Of a stretch of DNA of 64,000 nt, positions 49,623 to 58,944 are shown in pieces (positions within the stretch are counted from its first letter, which is position 1; every line of letters begins with the position of its first letter). Where the stretch lies: assembly GCA_963666055.2 (NCBI GenBank), contig CAXWPH010000012.1, forward strand, positions 384,001-448,000, written 5' to 3'. Made by a program: the position numbers and the translations under genes. The notes below the pieces were generated by a model. The model had not been told where the DNA came from, did no database searches, and saw only the letters and a list, made by a program, of their open reading frames with translations. Source of the stretch: Acidobacteriota bacterium (lineage in GTDB: Bacteria > Acidobacteriota > UBA890 > WLXD01).

Positions 49623-51443
49623 ATGAGCAATAACGAACGCACCGACGCCGGGCTGAAGCGGACGAAGGGGCAGCATCATCCGCTCGTAATGACGTGGTCG
49701 CGAGTGCTGGGTGTCATGTTGACCAGCCTCAGCGTGCTGGCCTGTCAGCCTTCATCGCAGCCGGGGGCTGGCGGTATCAGCGGTCCTGCTGACCGCGTCT
49801 TGCACGGGGCCAAGATCTTTACGGTGAACGACGACCAACCCTGGGCCGAGGCCGTTGCGATCAAAGGCGGAAAACTCGTCTATGTGGGGGATGATGCGGG
49901 CGTACAGGGGTTCGTTGGCCGCGAAACTGTCGGTCACGATCTGCAAGGGAAACTGGTTATTCCTGGGCTGGTGGATGCCCATACCCATCCCGGGGGCACG
50001 GGCCGCTTCAGCGGGCCTTCGGGAAGCCTGCCGAGAACCAACAAGACAGAAATACTCGCTGCCGTGAAGGCGTATTCAGAGGCGAACCCGGATCTGCCCT
50101 GGATCGTGATGTGTTGCTGGCCAGTGCACCTATACGGCAACGGCAAGGAAGGGCCTCACAAGAGAGATCTGGATGCGATCGTGCCGGATCGGCCGGTTTG
50201 GTTGGGCAGCAATATTGGCCACAGTATTTGGGTCAATTCGAAGGCGCTCGAAATGATGGGTGTTGATCGCCATACGCTCGATCCCGTGCCTGGTCTAGCG
50301 CTCTTTGCACGCGACACCGATGGTGAGCTTACTGGCTGGGTCAAGGAGAGCGCTTATCGTCCCTATCGAGAGAAGTTCTTTGAGGTAGACGAAGAGGCCA
50401 ACCAAGAGGGTATCGTCGGCTTTCTGGATTACCTTGCGAGCCACGGCGTCACCTCGCTCTACGATGGGGGCAATGCCTACTACAACGACGCTGTCTATTC
50501 ATTCCTCGCCGAGCTCGACAGGGCAGGGAAGTTGCCGGTCCGCTATGAAGGCACCTATCACATGTTCCTTCCCGGTCAGGAGGACGTGGCGGTCGAAGAG
50601 CTACTGCGCTTGCGCGACAGCTACGGTGGTGACCGGCTGCGCTTCAACACCATAAAGATTCACTTCGATGGTTCCAACGAGAACCGTACGGGCGCCGTGC
50701 TCCAACCGTTCAGTGACGATCCGGGAAACCGCGGCAATACGCTGTTGAGCACCGACGAGTTGCGCGATTTCCTTCTTCGTTTACACGAGGCCGAGATCGA
50801 CCTGCACTTACATACCGTCGGAGATCGGGCCGTCCGAATCGCGCTCGACGCAGTGGAGGCGGCCCAGGGATTGCTCAGCGGCGATCTCTACACGCGGGTC
50901 ACAGTCTCCCATCTGGACATCATCGATACAGCCGACTATCCGCGCTTCAGGCAACTCGGCGTCATCGCGAGCTATACGCCGGCATGGCACGGCTTCACCG
51001 ACGGCCCTGTTCCCTACGCCTTGGGTGATGAGCGATACAGCAGGACGTTGCTGACGCAACCGCTGTTGGATGACGGTGCCATTGTCACCTTTTCCAGCGA
51101 TTCGGGAATGAGTCGGGCCAGCCCCTACCTGGGGATGCAGATCGCCCACAACCGCCAACACGAGAGACAAGGTGAGGCGGCCCCGATCCGACCGCCCCTG
51201 ACCGAGCGGCTGGCGCTCGAGGATCTGATCAAGGGATACACCTGGAACGGTGCCTATCAGCTGCGTATGGAGGAGCAGCTTGGCTCAATCGAGGTAGGCA
51301 AGCTCGCCGACCTGGTCGTGTTGGATCGCAACCTGTTCGAAATCGATCGCTACGAGATCCACGAGGTTCGACCCGAAGCGGTCATCATGGAAGGCGAGAT
51401 CATCAGGGGAAGCTTAGACGGTGGCGCGGAGATGAGACCATAG
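49623..51443 (+). CDS. Amidohydrolase_3 (YtcJ-like) lipoprotein
   Basis: PGLVDAHTH, GHSIWVNSKAL, KIHFDGS, HTVGDRA, GSIEVGKLADLVVLD; lipobox VLAC. Confidence 0.88.
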   Translation: MSNNERTDAGLKRTKGQHHPLVMTWSRVLGVMLTSLSVLACQPSSQPGAGGISGPADRVLHGAKIFTVNDDQPWAEAVAIKGGKLVYVGDDAGVQGFVGRETVGHDLQGKLVIPGLVDAHTHPGGTGRFSGPSGSLPRTNKTEILAAVKAYSEANPDLPWIVMCCWPVHLYGNGKEGPHKRDLDAIVPDRPVWLGSNIGHSIWVNSKALEMMGVDRHTLDPVPGLALFARDTDGELTGWVKESAYRPYREKFFEVDEEANQEGIVGFLDYLASHGVTSLYDGGNAYYNDAVYSFLAELDRAGKLPVRYEGTYHMFLPGQEDVAVEELLRLRDSYGGDRLRFNTIKIHFDGSNENRTGAVLQPFSDDPGNRGNTLLSTDELRDFLLRLHEAEIDLHLHTVGDRAVRIALDAVEAAQGLLSGDLYTRVTVSHLDIIDTADYPRFRQLGVIASYTPAWHGFTDGPVPYALGDERYSRTLLTQPLLDDGAIVTFSSDSGMSRASPYLGMQIAHNRQHERQGEAAPIRPPLTERLALEDLIKGYTWNGAYQLRMEEQLGSIEVGKLADLVVLDRNLFEIDRYEIHEVRPEAVIMEGEIIRGSLDGGAEMRP

Positions 51444-51608
51444 CGGCAGCTTCGGCTTCGTGCGCGCCTTGCGGGACCGCCTAGTGGCGTCGACGACGAT
51501 GTCGATCAGCTCGTCGGGGGCCACGGCCAGCGAATCCCCAGCCACCACGTCGCTCATCGAAGCCGCTCCAGCTCCTCGTTTCTGATGCCACTCGCAGGCA
51601 GTTGTTCC

Positions 51609-51686
51609 TTATCCACCAGAGCCCGCTGTTTGGACGGCCCCCAGGTACTTGTCGAGGAACGGTAGAGTCTCCTTGATTACCTCATG
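51609..51686 (-). pseudogene. Short C-terminal remnant of an alpha/beta-hydrolase-ending protein
   Basis: EVIKETLPFLDKYLG resembles the termini of kinase/SUMF1-hydrolase fusions. Confidence 0.35.
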
Positions 51687-51754
51687 CCTCGGCCCCAGCT
51701 TCGCATAGTCGGAGGTCGACGCGGAGATCATTCCCTATTTTCTCCTGCGTGGTG

Positions 51755-51931
51755 GAGTTCGACCGCGCCTACGAAGAGGGGACGCTCTTCCTTCTGACCA
51801 ACCATCCGCACATCATCGGTCGACATTCGCGTATCGTCGTGCTCGAGGAGCTCGTGCGGTATATGAGATCGTTCTCCGGTGTTTGGTTCGCGACCCACGA
51901 GGAGGTCGCCCGGGCCGTACAGACGTCGTGA
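51755..51931 (+). pseudogene. Polysaccharide deacetylase (PuuE/PgdA-like) C-terminal remnant
   Basis: EFD.AY.EG..F.L..HPHIIG..SR, VWFATHEEVA. Confidence 0.7.
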
Positions 51932-51942
51932 CGTAGCCAGAG

Positions 51943-52544
51943 GGTACTGTCAAGTTGACCGGCAGCCTGGCAGAGTTCGGCGATGAACACCGTCCCGCAC
52001 AGCTACCGTCGGCATCGGTTCCCGCCTGAGATCATCAGTCACGCCGTTTGGCTATATCTCACCGCTTCTGCTTGAGCTTCCGCGATGTGGAAGACCTCTT
52101 GCGGCACGCGGCATGATCGTCTCCTACGAAGCGATCCGCTGCTGGTGCGCGAAGTTCGGACCCGGCTACGCGGCGAAGCTACGGCGGCGGCAAGGTCGAC
52201 GAAACGCCCACGCCGCCAAGCGATTCTTCCGCAAGTTGCTAAGACGGCAGGGGAGCGAACCTCGATGGCTGACCACCGACAAGCTCGGAAGCTATGGGGC
52301 CGCGCACAGGAGTGTGATGCCCTGTTCAAATCCGCTGCTCAGGCGCAGCGGTTCTTGGCGGTGCGTGGCCTCGTTCGCAATCTCTTCGACCTAAGTCGGC
52401 ACCGATTACGAGCAGCGGACTATCGGACGCTTCGAGGGCGCGCTTTAGCGGCTTGGGTCGAGGTCGCGGCTGACTGAGAAAGGCCAGCTCGATGCCAAGC
52501 AGTCTGACCTGATCTCGAGGCGGCGAAGTTAACGTGCCAGTGCC
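51943..52544 (+). mobile_element. Degenerate IS6 family element with internal deletions and frameshifts
   Basis: TIRs GGTACTGTCAAGTT / AACGTGCCAGTGCC; pieces of HRFPPEIISHAVW, SYEAIRCW, TDKL.SY, FKS..QAQRFL. Confidence 0.88.
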
Positions 52545-52585
52545 GGATAGATCGATCGCTCAGCCCGCGAGCTTACGGGACAATG

Positions 52586-54187
52586 CTACTGTTCTCTAAA
52601 GGCTGGTTTGACTTTTGCCTCCTCCTCCCACTGCTCACCGTAAAGAGACTTGAAAACTCGAACGTGGTCGGTCGATCCCTTCACGGTGCCGCCCCGCCAA
52701 AGATCATACTCAACATCAGAATAGGTGTCGAAGAACGTGGTGAGCTTTCCATCCAGTTCCGAAACCGCTTCGGCGTAGCCAGGAGTCCCGTATAGATCGT
52801 GCATTTGCTCAGGATCCTCTTGTATATCATAGAGCTCATGCTCACCCGTACCTTTCAGCCGTTTCCAATATGAATAACGATCGGTTCTGATTGCACGAGT
52901 TGCCTCTTCATCCATATACACGGCATCGGCCCATGCCTCGAGCTTCCTCCCTTCCAGGTGTTCCGCAAAGCTCCTTCCAGGGGAGTTGGCTATTTCCACA
53001 TCCGCAAACCCAGCTAGATCAAGTATTGTGGGCATGAGGTCGTATTGCCCAACGAGCAGATCACTTACTTGCCCTGTCTTAATGGTGCCTGGATAGCGAG
53101 CAATGAACGGTACGTTCATCGGCGTATCGTAGAGGCTCGCTGGAAATGTGCTAGCGGGATGGCCCCAAAGGCCATGTTGTCCGAAGAAGTTTCCCTGATC
53201 ACTCGTGTAAATCACTAACGTGTCTTCTTCGAGTCCGGTTTCCTTCAGTGTTGTCAATAGACGGCCGACACCATCGTCCACCATCGTATTTTGTGACGCT
53301 ACATTAGCCATCGATGCTTGGTCGTTGTGCATGCGAGCTAAGCTGGCGTACCATCCGGAGTAGGGTGGCCTTAACTGCTCGAGTATCCTGTCGTTGATCC
53401 TGTTTCTAGGAAACGAAGGAAACTCTTTGTCCTTATAGTATTCATAATGCGGGTTCCTGGCGGGACCGAGATTCGTTGGAGGTTGCATATAAGGACCGTT
53501 GAAGGTAACCAGCAGGAAGAAGGGCCGTTGATGATCATAGTCCTCCAAGTATGCGACTGCTTTGTCGGCAAAGAACTCGACACTGTGCTTATCCTCTAAT
53601 CTGTACGTTCTGCTGTTGTCATTGATTTCATTGGACCAGAAATCGAGGGTATGGCCCAAACTGAACGTCACCCAATAATCGAACCAGTCGTCCGGCGGAC
53701 GTGGCTGGCCTAGGTGCCATTTACCGATTAATGATGTCTGGTATCCTCGATTCTTTAGTGTATGCGGTAATGTTCTATACTCTCTGATCGCATTCCAATC
53801 TTCGGGCCAATTCTCCATCTTTCCGTCATCTAGCCAGGAATGAACGCCATGTTGAGAAGGCATAAGTCCGGTCAGCAGTGTTGCACGTGTTGGAGAACAA
53901 TAACCGTGCACGGCGAAAACACGCGTAAGACGTATTCCTTCGTTGGCTAGTCGATCGATATTGGGCGTCCTGACATCCGGGTTGCCATAAGCCCCCAGGA
54001 TCGAGGCGGGTTGGTTGTCGACCACTATGTAGAGAATATTTGGCCTGCCTTGTGCTCCTGCGGGCATCGCAGAAGAAACTTGTGGTCCTGCGCCTATTGC
54101 AGAAGAGAGGAGGAGTAGGGAGATAAACAAATATGGCTTCCTATGAGTGCTGATACCACGAATCGTCGCCAACACGTGATCCTTCAT
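52586..54187 (-). CDS. Cys-type (FGly) sulfatase, copy B
   Basis: CSPTRATLLTG; nearly identical to 44324-45940. Confidence 0.9.
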   Translation of the reverse strand: MKDHVLATIRGISTHRKPYLFISLLLLSSAIGAGPQVSSAMPAGAQGRPNILYIVVDNQPASILGAYGNPDVRTPNIDRLANEGIRLTRVFAVHGYCSPTRATLLTGLMPSQHGVHSWLDDGKMENWPEDWNAIREYRTLPHTLKNRGYQTSLIGKWHLGQPRPPDDWFDYWVTFSLGHTLDFWSNEINDNSRTYRLEDKHSVEFFADKAVAYLEDYDHQRPFFLLVTFNGPYMQPPTNLGPARNPHYEYYKDKEFPSFPRNRINDRILEQLRPPYSGWYASLARMHNDQASMANVASQNTMVDDGVGRLLTTLKETGLEEDTLVIYTSDQGNFFGQHGLWGHPASTFPASLYDTPMNVPFIARYPGTIKTGQVSDLLVGQYDLMPTILDLAGFADVEIANSPGRSFAEHLEGRKLEAWADAVYMDEEATRAIRTDRYSYWKRLKGTGEHELYDIQEDPEQMHDLYGTPGYAEAVSELDGKLTTFFDTYSDVEYDLWRGGTVKGSTDHVRVFKSLYGEQWEEEAKVKPAFREQ

Positions 54188-54517
54188 AATCAGTTCCTCC
54201 GCAATGCGTATTCCGGCGCGGTGACCTTTCCCCCGAGGACTTGTACTTGTACCACTTCCTATCTCATATGCGCTACTGATGAGGTGTACCCCAACTTTGG
54301 TCCGTCGAAAACGAGAAAGACTCGGGTTTGGGAACATCAGGTAACTGCACCCTCCTGCAGCAGTTGGACATAGACGGTAGGTTGCAGGCCTCGGGAGTCC
54401 GCTCTTCACGTTGTCCTAGCTGGATCTCGGGGGTAGGGTTCACCCTCCTCTGTTGTTTACGGAGCGCGCTGAGCGGGAGACCGTCGGCGCCGGGTACGAG
54501 GTGAGCTGGAGCAGACA

Positions 54518-56575
54518 ATGCGCCGAACAAGGCTCGCTAGCTCCTTTGCCGCCATCATGCTGTTGGCGGGGCTTTCGCACGCCGGCGGGCAGCTCTCCCC
54601 GACCGAAAGGCAGATCCTGAGCGCTCTGGATAGCGACAGGACAATCGCCCTCACCCGCCGCCTCTCGGAGGAACTCGTCAAGAACAACTCGGGTGCGGGT
54701 GCCGGCTCGGCCATCGCTGGCAGCGCCGATGAGCGCCTGTTGGCCGGCTTCATCGAGGCGGAGATGAAGCGGATAGGTTTGGAGGTGCGGCGGGAGAGCT
54801 TCCCCGTGCACGCTTACGACTACGGGGAAGTATTGCTGCGGGCATCGGGCAAACAGCTGCCGGCGATCACCCAGCACTCCGGCGCAGGGACCTGGGGTAC
54901 GGTCGAGCGAGTGCCGTACACCAAGGGCAACACGTCTGGTGGGAAGCGCTTGCGGACGGCGTTACTCGATGCAGGAGAAGGCTGGGTCCATGACTACGCG
55001 AACCTGAGCGAGGTGCGCGGTAAAGCCGTGCTGGTGCGCCGCGGAGCGGGTTGGCTCAACAGCCAGGTCGTGATGGAGGCCGCAGAACAGGGAGCGTCCG
55101 CGATCTTGCTCTACGACTACGACAGCGGTGCCGAGGCCCCCCAGGACTCGATCCAGCAGATGAGCATCGTTTACCGCGACCCGATCCCGACCGTGACGAT
55201 CAGCAACCGTGATGCCGCATGGCTCAAGGAACGGCTTGCCGAGGGCCAGGTGATGATCGAGCTGGAGAACCGGGTCGATGTCGACTACGGCTTTTCCGAG
55301 AACGTCATCGGCATGTTACGGGGCAGGGAGTATCCCGACGAGTGGATCGTGGTCTCAGCACACCACGACCGCTGGTTCCAAGGAGCCCAGGATGACAGCG
55401 TTGGTGTGGCCGTCATGCTGGAGCTGGCCCGCGTGATCTCGGAAAGTTACCGACCGCGGCGCAGCTTTCTGTTCATTTCCTTTGGAAGCGAAGAAGTCGG
55501 AGGACTGTGGACACAGTACGACTGGCTGGCGGGTTCCCATGCGTTCATTCGGGCGCACCCCGAGATCACCTCGCGTCTGGCCTATGCCTTCAACGTGGAT
55601 GGCGCTGGATGGAAGGGGCGTGAGGGCCGGTTGTATGCCACCCTCGACCAGGTTGCCTTCCAAAGCGGTTTGCTGGCAGAGCTCGGCCTCGACGAGCGGG
55701 TGACCGTACGTGAGATTATCGGTACGGGCGTCGATGCTTGGTCGTTGGGAGGGGTTCGGGGCGGAGCGGTGGCATACATGAGTTGGATCGGTGACGTCCC
55801 CTTCAGCCGCTACTACCACACGCAGCACGATGTCTATAGCGCGGAGGATTACACCAACCTGCAGGACCACCTGCGAGTCGGAGCACTCGGCGTGCTTCGG
55901 ATGGATCAAGCTGTTGTCCTGCCCGTCGGTTTCTCGGAGATCGCTGACTGGGTCGCCCAACAGCTCGAGAGGATCGAGCAGATACTCTCCGCTCTCTCGG
56001 CACCGACGGAGCTGCTTGGCGACGCTAGACAGGCGGCAGAGCGCCTTCGCACGCAGGCTAAAAGGCTGGCAACGGCTAATGCGTCAGTAGTGGATGTCGA
56101 TCACGCAGCGGTCGTCAATGCTCTCATGATGAGGACCCGACACGATCTCGTTCCCTGGCTTCTGAACACAGAAGGACGCCTGAGAGGAAGCCGTTACGTG
56201 GAAGATTTCGCTGCACTCCAGAGAGCCCGCCTCGCTGCCACGGATGGAGATACGGAGGCTGCAGCGAGAGCGCTCGAAGAGGTCAACACGATGCAGTGGG
56301 GCAAGCGGGTTTCGCCCGGGACCTACCGCGCTGAGAGGCTGCTCTCCTACGAGCCGGTCGGTTGGATGTGGGAGTTCGACCAGCACGCGCGTCCGATCGG
56401 TCCGGAACTCCACACCATCTACTCGCAGCTCGGGGCGGGACGCGGCTCTGATTCGGTCACCGGGATCGCCAGACTCGAGGCGCAGGCGGAGGGTTCGCTG
56501 CGTGAGGCATTGTTCATCGTGAGCGGCAAGCTCCGGGAAGCCGCGAGGGCGCTTGCCGATGTTCCGCTACCGTAA
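54518..56575 (+). CDS. M28 family metallopeptidase with PA domain (copy B)
   Basis: Signal peptide, SAHHD, GAQDD, GSEE, YYHTQHD. Confidence 0.87.
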   Translation: MRRTRLASSFAAIMLLAGLSHAGGQLSPTERQILSALDSDRTIALTRRLSEELVKNNSGAGAGSAIAGSADERLLAGFIEAEMKRIGLEVRRESFPVHAYDYGEVLLRASGKQLPAITQHSGAGTWGTVERVPYTKGNTSGGKRLRTALLDAGEGWVHDYANLSEVRGKAVLVRRGAGWLNSQVVMEAAEQGASAILLYDYDSGAEAPQDSIQQMSIVYRDPIPTVTISNRDAAWLKERLAEGQVMIELENRVDVDYGFSENVIGMLRGREYPDEWIVVSAHHDRWFQGAQDDSVGVAVMLELARVISESYRPRRSFLFISFGSEEVGGLWTQYDWLAGSHAFIRAHPEITSRLAYAFNVDGAGWKGREGRLYATLDQVAFQSGLLAELGLDERVTVREIIGTGVDAWSLGGVRGGAVAYMSWIGDVPFSRYYHTQHDVYSAEDYTNLQDHLRVGALGVLRMDQAVVLPVGFSEIADWVAQQLERIEQILSALSAPTELLGDARQAAERLRTQAKRLATANASVVDVDHAAVVNALMMRTRHDLVPWLLNTEGRLRGSRYVEDFAALQRARLAATDGDTEAAARALEEVNTMQWGKRVSPGTYRAERLLSYEPVGWMWEFDQHARPIGPELHTIYSQLGAGRGSDSVTGIARLEAQAEGSLREALFIVSGKLREAARALADVPLP

Positions 56576-56626
56576 GTACGGATCCCTCTACTTGGAAGAG
56601 TCGGTTGGCTGCGGCCTTGAGCCGGG

Positions 56627-58627
56627 TTACCTCAAGGAGGCAAGCTCGATGCCTCGATCGATCATGCGCTGGACGTCTTCTGGTAACAGCAGGCCCTGTT
56701 GTAACAGTCGGTGGGCGGCTTCTGCCAACCGGCGGACATAGTCTTCGTGGCTCGCATAGCGCTCCGCGATCGACAGCCGTGGATCACCCGTTGCCAAGCG
56801 CTCCTCACGATCCTGAGGAAACGCGATGCTGGACCCGGTGACACCGCAGAGAGCGCCTTCCGCATAGCCCGCACGCCGCAGATTCCAACCAAGATAGGTG
56901 GCAACTGGAACCTCGACCGCCGGCAGCCGAATGCCGGCGATGTCGTTGCCGTCGTCATCTACCGCGGGCACGAACAATGGGTAGGCTGCACCTTCTGGGG
57001 GAGGCTGGGCATCGTAATCGACGACGTGCAGGTGGTTGATCTGGCCGTGGTAGCGCAGACCGGGGATCGCGGGCAAGCCGAAGGTTTTTCGATCGGCAGC
57101 AACCAGCGTCCCATCCGAGATCGTCGGGAAGCGGCTAACGGGCGGCTCGACGCCATCGGTAACCCAACGGTCGAGCGCTACCAGCAAGGCCCGCATCGGT
57201 CCGCCCTTATGGAGCGGATTGCTCGGCTGCTGGCAGGTTCTCGTCGGCGCGGGCAGAGCGTCGATCCTAGCCGAATGCTGGGTGCTGGAGATCAAGTAAG
57301 CGCGCACGTTGCCGGGTAGCTCGATCGGCTTGCCGTCGGTGTCCGTCACCACCAACGACGAACGCGCCTGAAAGAACTCTGTCGACGAGTCGACATGCAT
57401 GATCTTCGGACAGTTTCCTGCCCGCTGGCAGCGGGCAAGTACTCCGTCACGCTTCCCGGTCAGGGAATCGGTCGTGATGCCGTAGGTGAAGGGGAACTGG
57501 TCTCCGGGTTGGAGATGTTCCTCGTGCTGTCGCGAGAACCGACCCGGTTGGGCGAAACGGTGGTTGATGTACGTCTTGCGGCCACCGGCGACGTCGGGGA
57601 TCAGGGCATCGAAGACGACCAACCCCTCTTCGTCTTCATTGAACCCCTGATAGAGGAGGTCACGCAGAAAGCGACCGCTCTGTGAGATACCAAGGGCGTA
57701 GGCACGCTCGATTAGGGGCGCACCGTTGGGAGCCAGCGGATTGGGGTTACCTACCGAGTCCTCCACCTGCCGCCGAAGAAACGCGACCACGTCGCGCACG
57801 GAGGCGAAGGCCAACCCCATGACGACCGGATCTCTGGCCGGGTAGACGATCTCGTAGATTGCCCCGGCATCGAAACCGGCCGGTCTCTGGATCAGGATCT
57901 GACGCGGGTCCCGGTACGAGATTCCGGAGCGGCGAACGCTGAAGTATTCGAAAGACAGATCGTCCGGCGACTGCCGGGGATGCGTTTGCTGCTGGCGGAC
58001 CGTCAGGGACGCCAGCGTCGGATCCATGTCGGCGGCCGGATAGCTGAGCGTCGCCACAACCGGATTGATGTCGTCGTTGAAGATGAACTCGTCCCGACTC
58101 GGACCAGTGATGCCTTTGGCGACCGGCACCGTGAGACTCATGAGCTTCTCTCCCGGACCCAGGTCGCCTTGCCAGCCGGACCAGACGATGGTGTAGCCCT
58201 GTCGCATGAGAAAGCCGTTGCCCGCATCCTCGGCCGTCGTCGGATCATCCTCCCAGGGCCCATCGTTCATCAGATTCAGGCCGATCTTTTCCCCACGGTT
58301 GAGGACATCGTAGAAGATCCGACGGTTGCCGCGCTCCAGGTCGACCGGCTTCAGCAGCACGACATCGGCGATGAACTCGACGTGCCCGGCAGCATTCCGA
58401 GGAGCAGCGGCAAGATCCACGATCCCGGCATTGCATGGTGCCTCCGGATCGACCTCAAGAGTCGCTCTGATGATCAGCTTCTCGTAGACGCCGATGCTAC
58501 CAAAACGCCGACCGTCGAAGGTTGGTGACTCGACCTCGACGATCTCGAATCGTACGACTTCTGCAAGCCCGGTGGCCGCCATCAAGCCGAAACCGAGCTG
58601 GATAACCAGCATCGACTTCCATCGCAT
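56627..58627 (-). CDS. Secreted alpha/beta hydrolase domain protein (Abhydrolase_10-like)
   Basis: G.YEK, KP.D...GN...YDV.NRG, G.SQSGRFLR, GFNEDE, GN..AGIRLP. Confidence 0.75.
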   Translation of the reverse strand: MRWKSMLVIQLGFGLMAATGLAEVVRFEIVEVESPTFDGRRFGSIGVYEKLIIRATLEVDPEAPCNAGIVDLAAAPRNAAGHVEFIADVVLLKPVDLERGNRRIFYDVLNRGEKIGLNLMNDGPWEDDPTTAEDAGNGFLMRQGYTIVWSGWQGDLGPGEKLMSLTVPVAKGITGPSRDEFIFNDDINPVVATLSYPAADMDPTLASLTVRQQQTHPRQSPDDLSFEYFSVRRSGISYRDPRQILIQRPAGFDAGAIYEIVYPARDPVVMGLAFASVRDVVAFLRRQVEDSVGNPNPLAPNGAPLIERAYALGISQSGRFLRDLLYQGFNEDEEGLVVFDALIPDVAGGRKTYINHRFAQPGRFSRQHEEHLQPGDQFPFTYGITTDSLTGKRDGVLARCQRAGNCPKIMHVDSSTEFFQARSSLVVTDTDGKPIELPGNVRAYLISSTQHSARIDALPAPTRTCQQPSNPLHKGGPMRALLVALDRWVTDGVEPPVSRFPTISDGTLVAADRKTFGLPAIPGLRYHGQINHLHVVDYDAQPPPEGAAYPLFVPAVDDDGNDIAGIRLPAVEVPVATYLGWNLRRAGYAEGALCGVTGSSIAFPQDREERLATGDPRLSIAERYASHEDYVRRLAEAAHRLLQQGLLLPEDVQRMIDRGIELASLR

Positions 58628-58856
58628 CGCACACCTCTGCATATGCCAGGCGCCGTCGGCTCCCGCTCTGATCATCGTGAGCGACAGTCGTGCAGGGCGC
58701 TCCCAGTGCCTGCTGTTTGAGGGTTCAGCAAATCTCGGTGGGCCGGTGTTCACAAGCTCTCACCTCAGCCCTCCTGGCGGGGTAAGCGAGACGAGCAGAA
58801 GATCGGTGCCGATCACGAACGGGCCCTCTTCGACATCTTAGAGGCTCAAGCCGAAG

Positions 58857-58933
58857 CGGGATATTGTCAAGTTCGGGATATTGTCAAGTTAAGGACGCGA
58901 CGGTCGGATTCGGGCAAGCTGCGGCCTTGAGCA
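58857..58933 (-). mobile_element. Orphan IS6 right end with tandemly doubled TIR
   Basis: (CGGGATATTGTCAAGTT)x2 followed by about 45 bp matching the reverse complement of the IS6 right end near 36693-36734. Confidence 0.8.
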
Positions 58934-58944
58934 CGTGCTCCGCG

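Noticed and set aside
44324-54187. Diversity-generating retroelement (TR/VR) as the cause of paralogue variation
   Set aside because: Differences in the variable block are not adenine-specific and no reverse transcriptase is present.
43730-54647. Inverted duplication as an amplification or assembly chimera
   Set aside because: The copies differ by many substitutions and specific indels, so they are not identical artefactual repeats. Individual junctions still need read support.
58840-58890. Hybrid promoter from the IS6 TTGACA driving the hydrolase gene
   Set aside because: No convincing -10 box at 16-18 bp spacing from either TTGACA.
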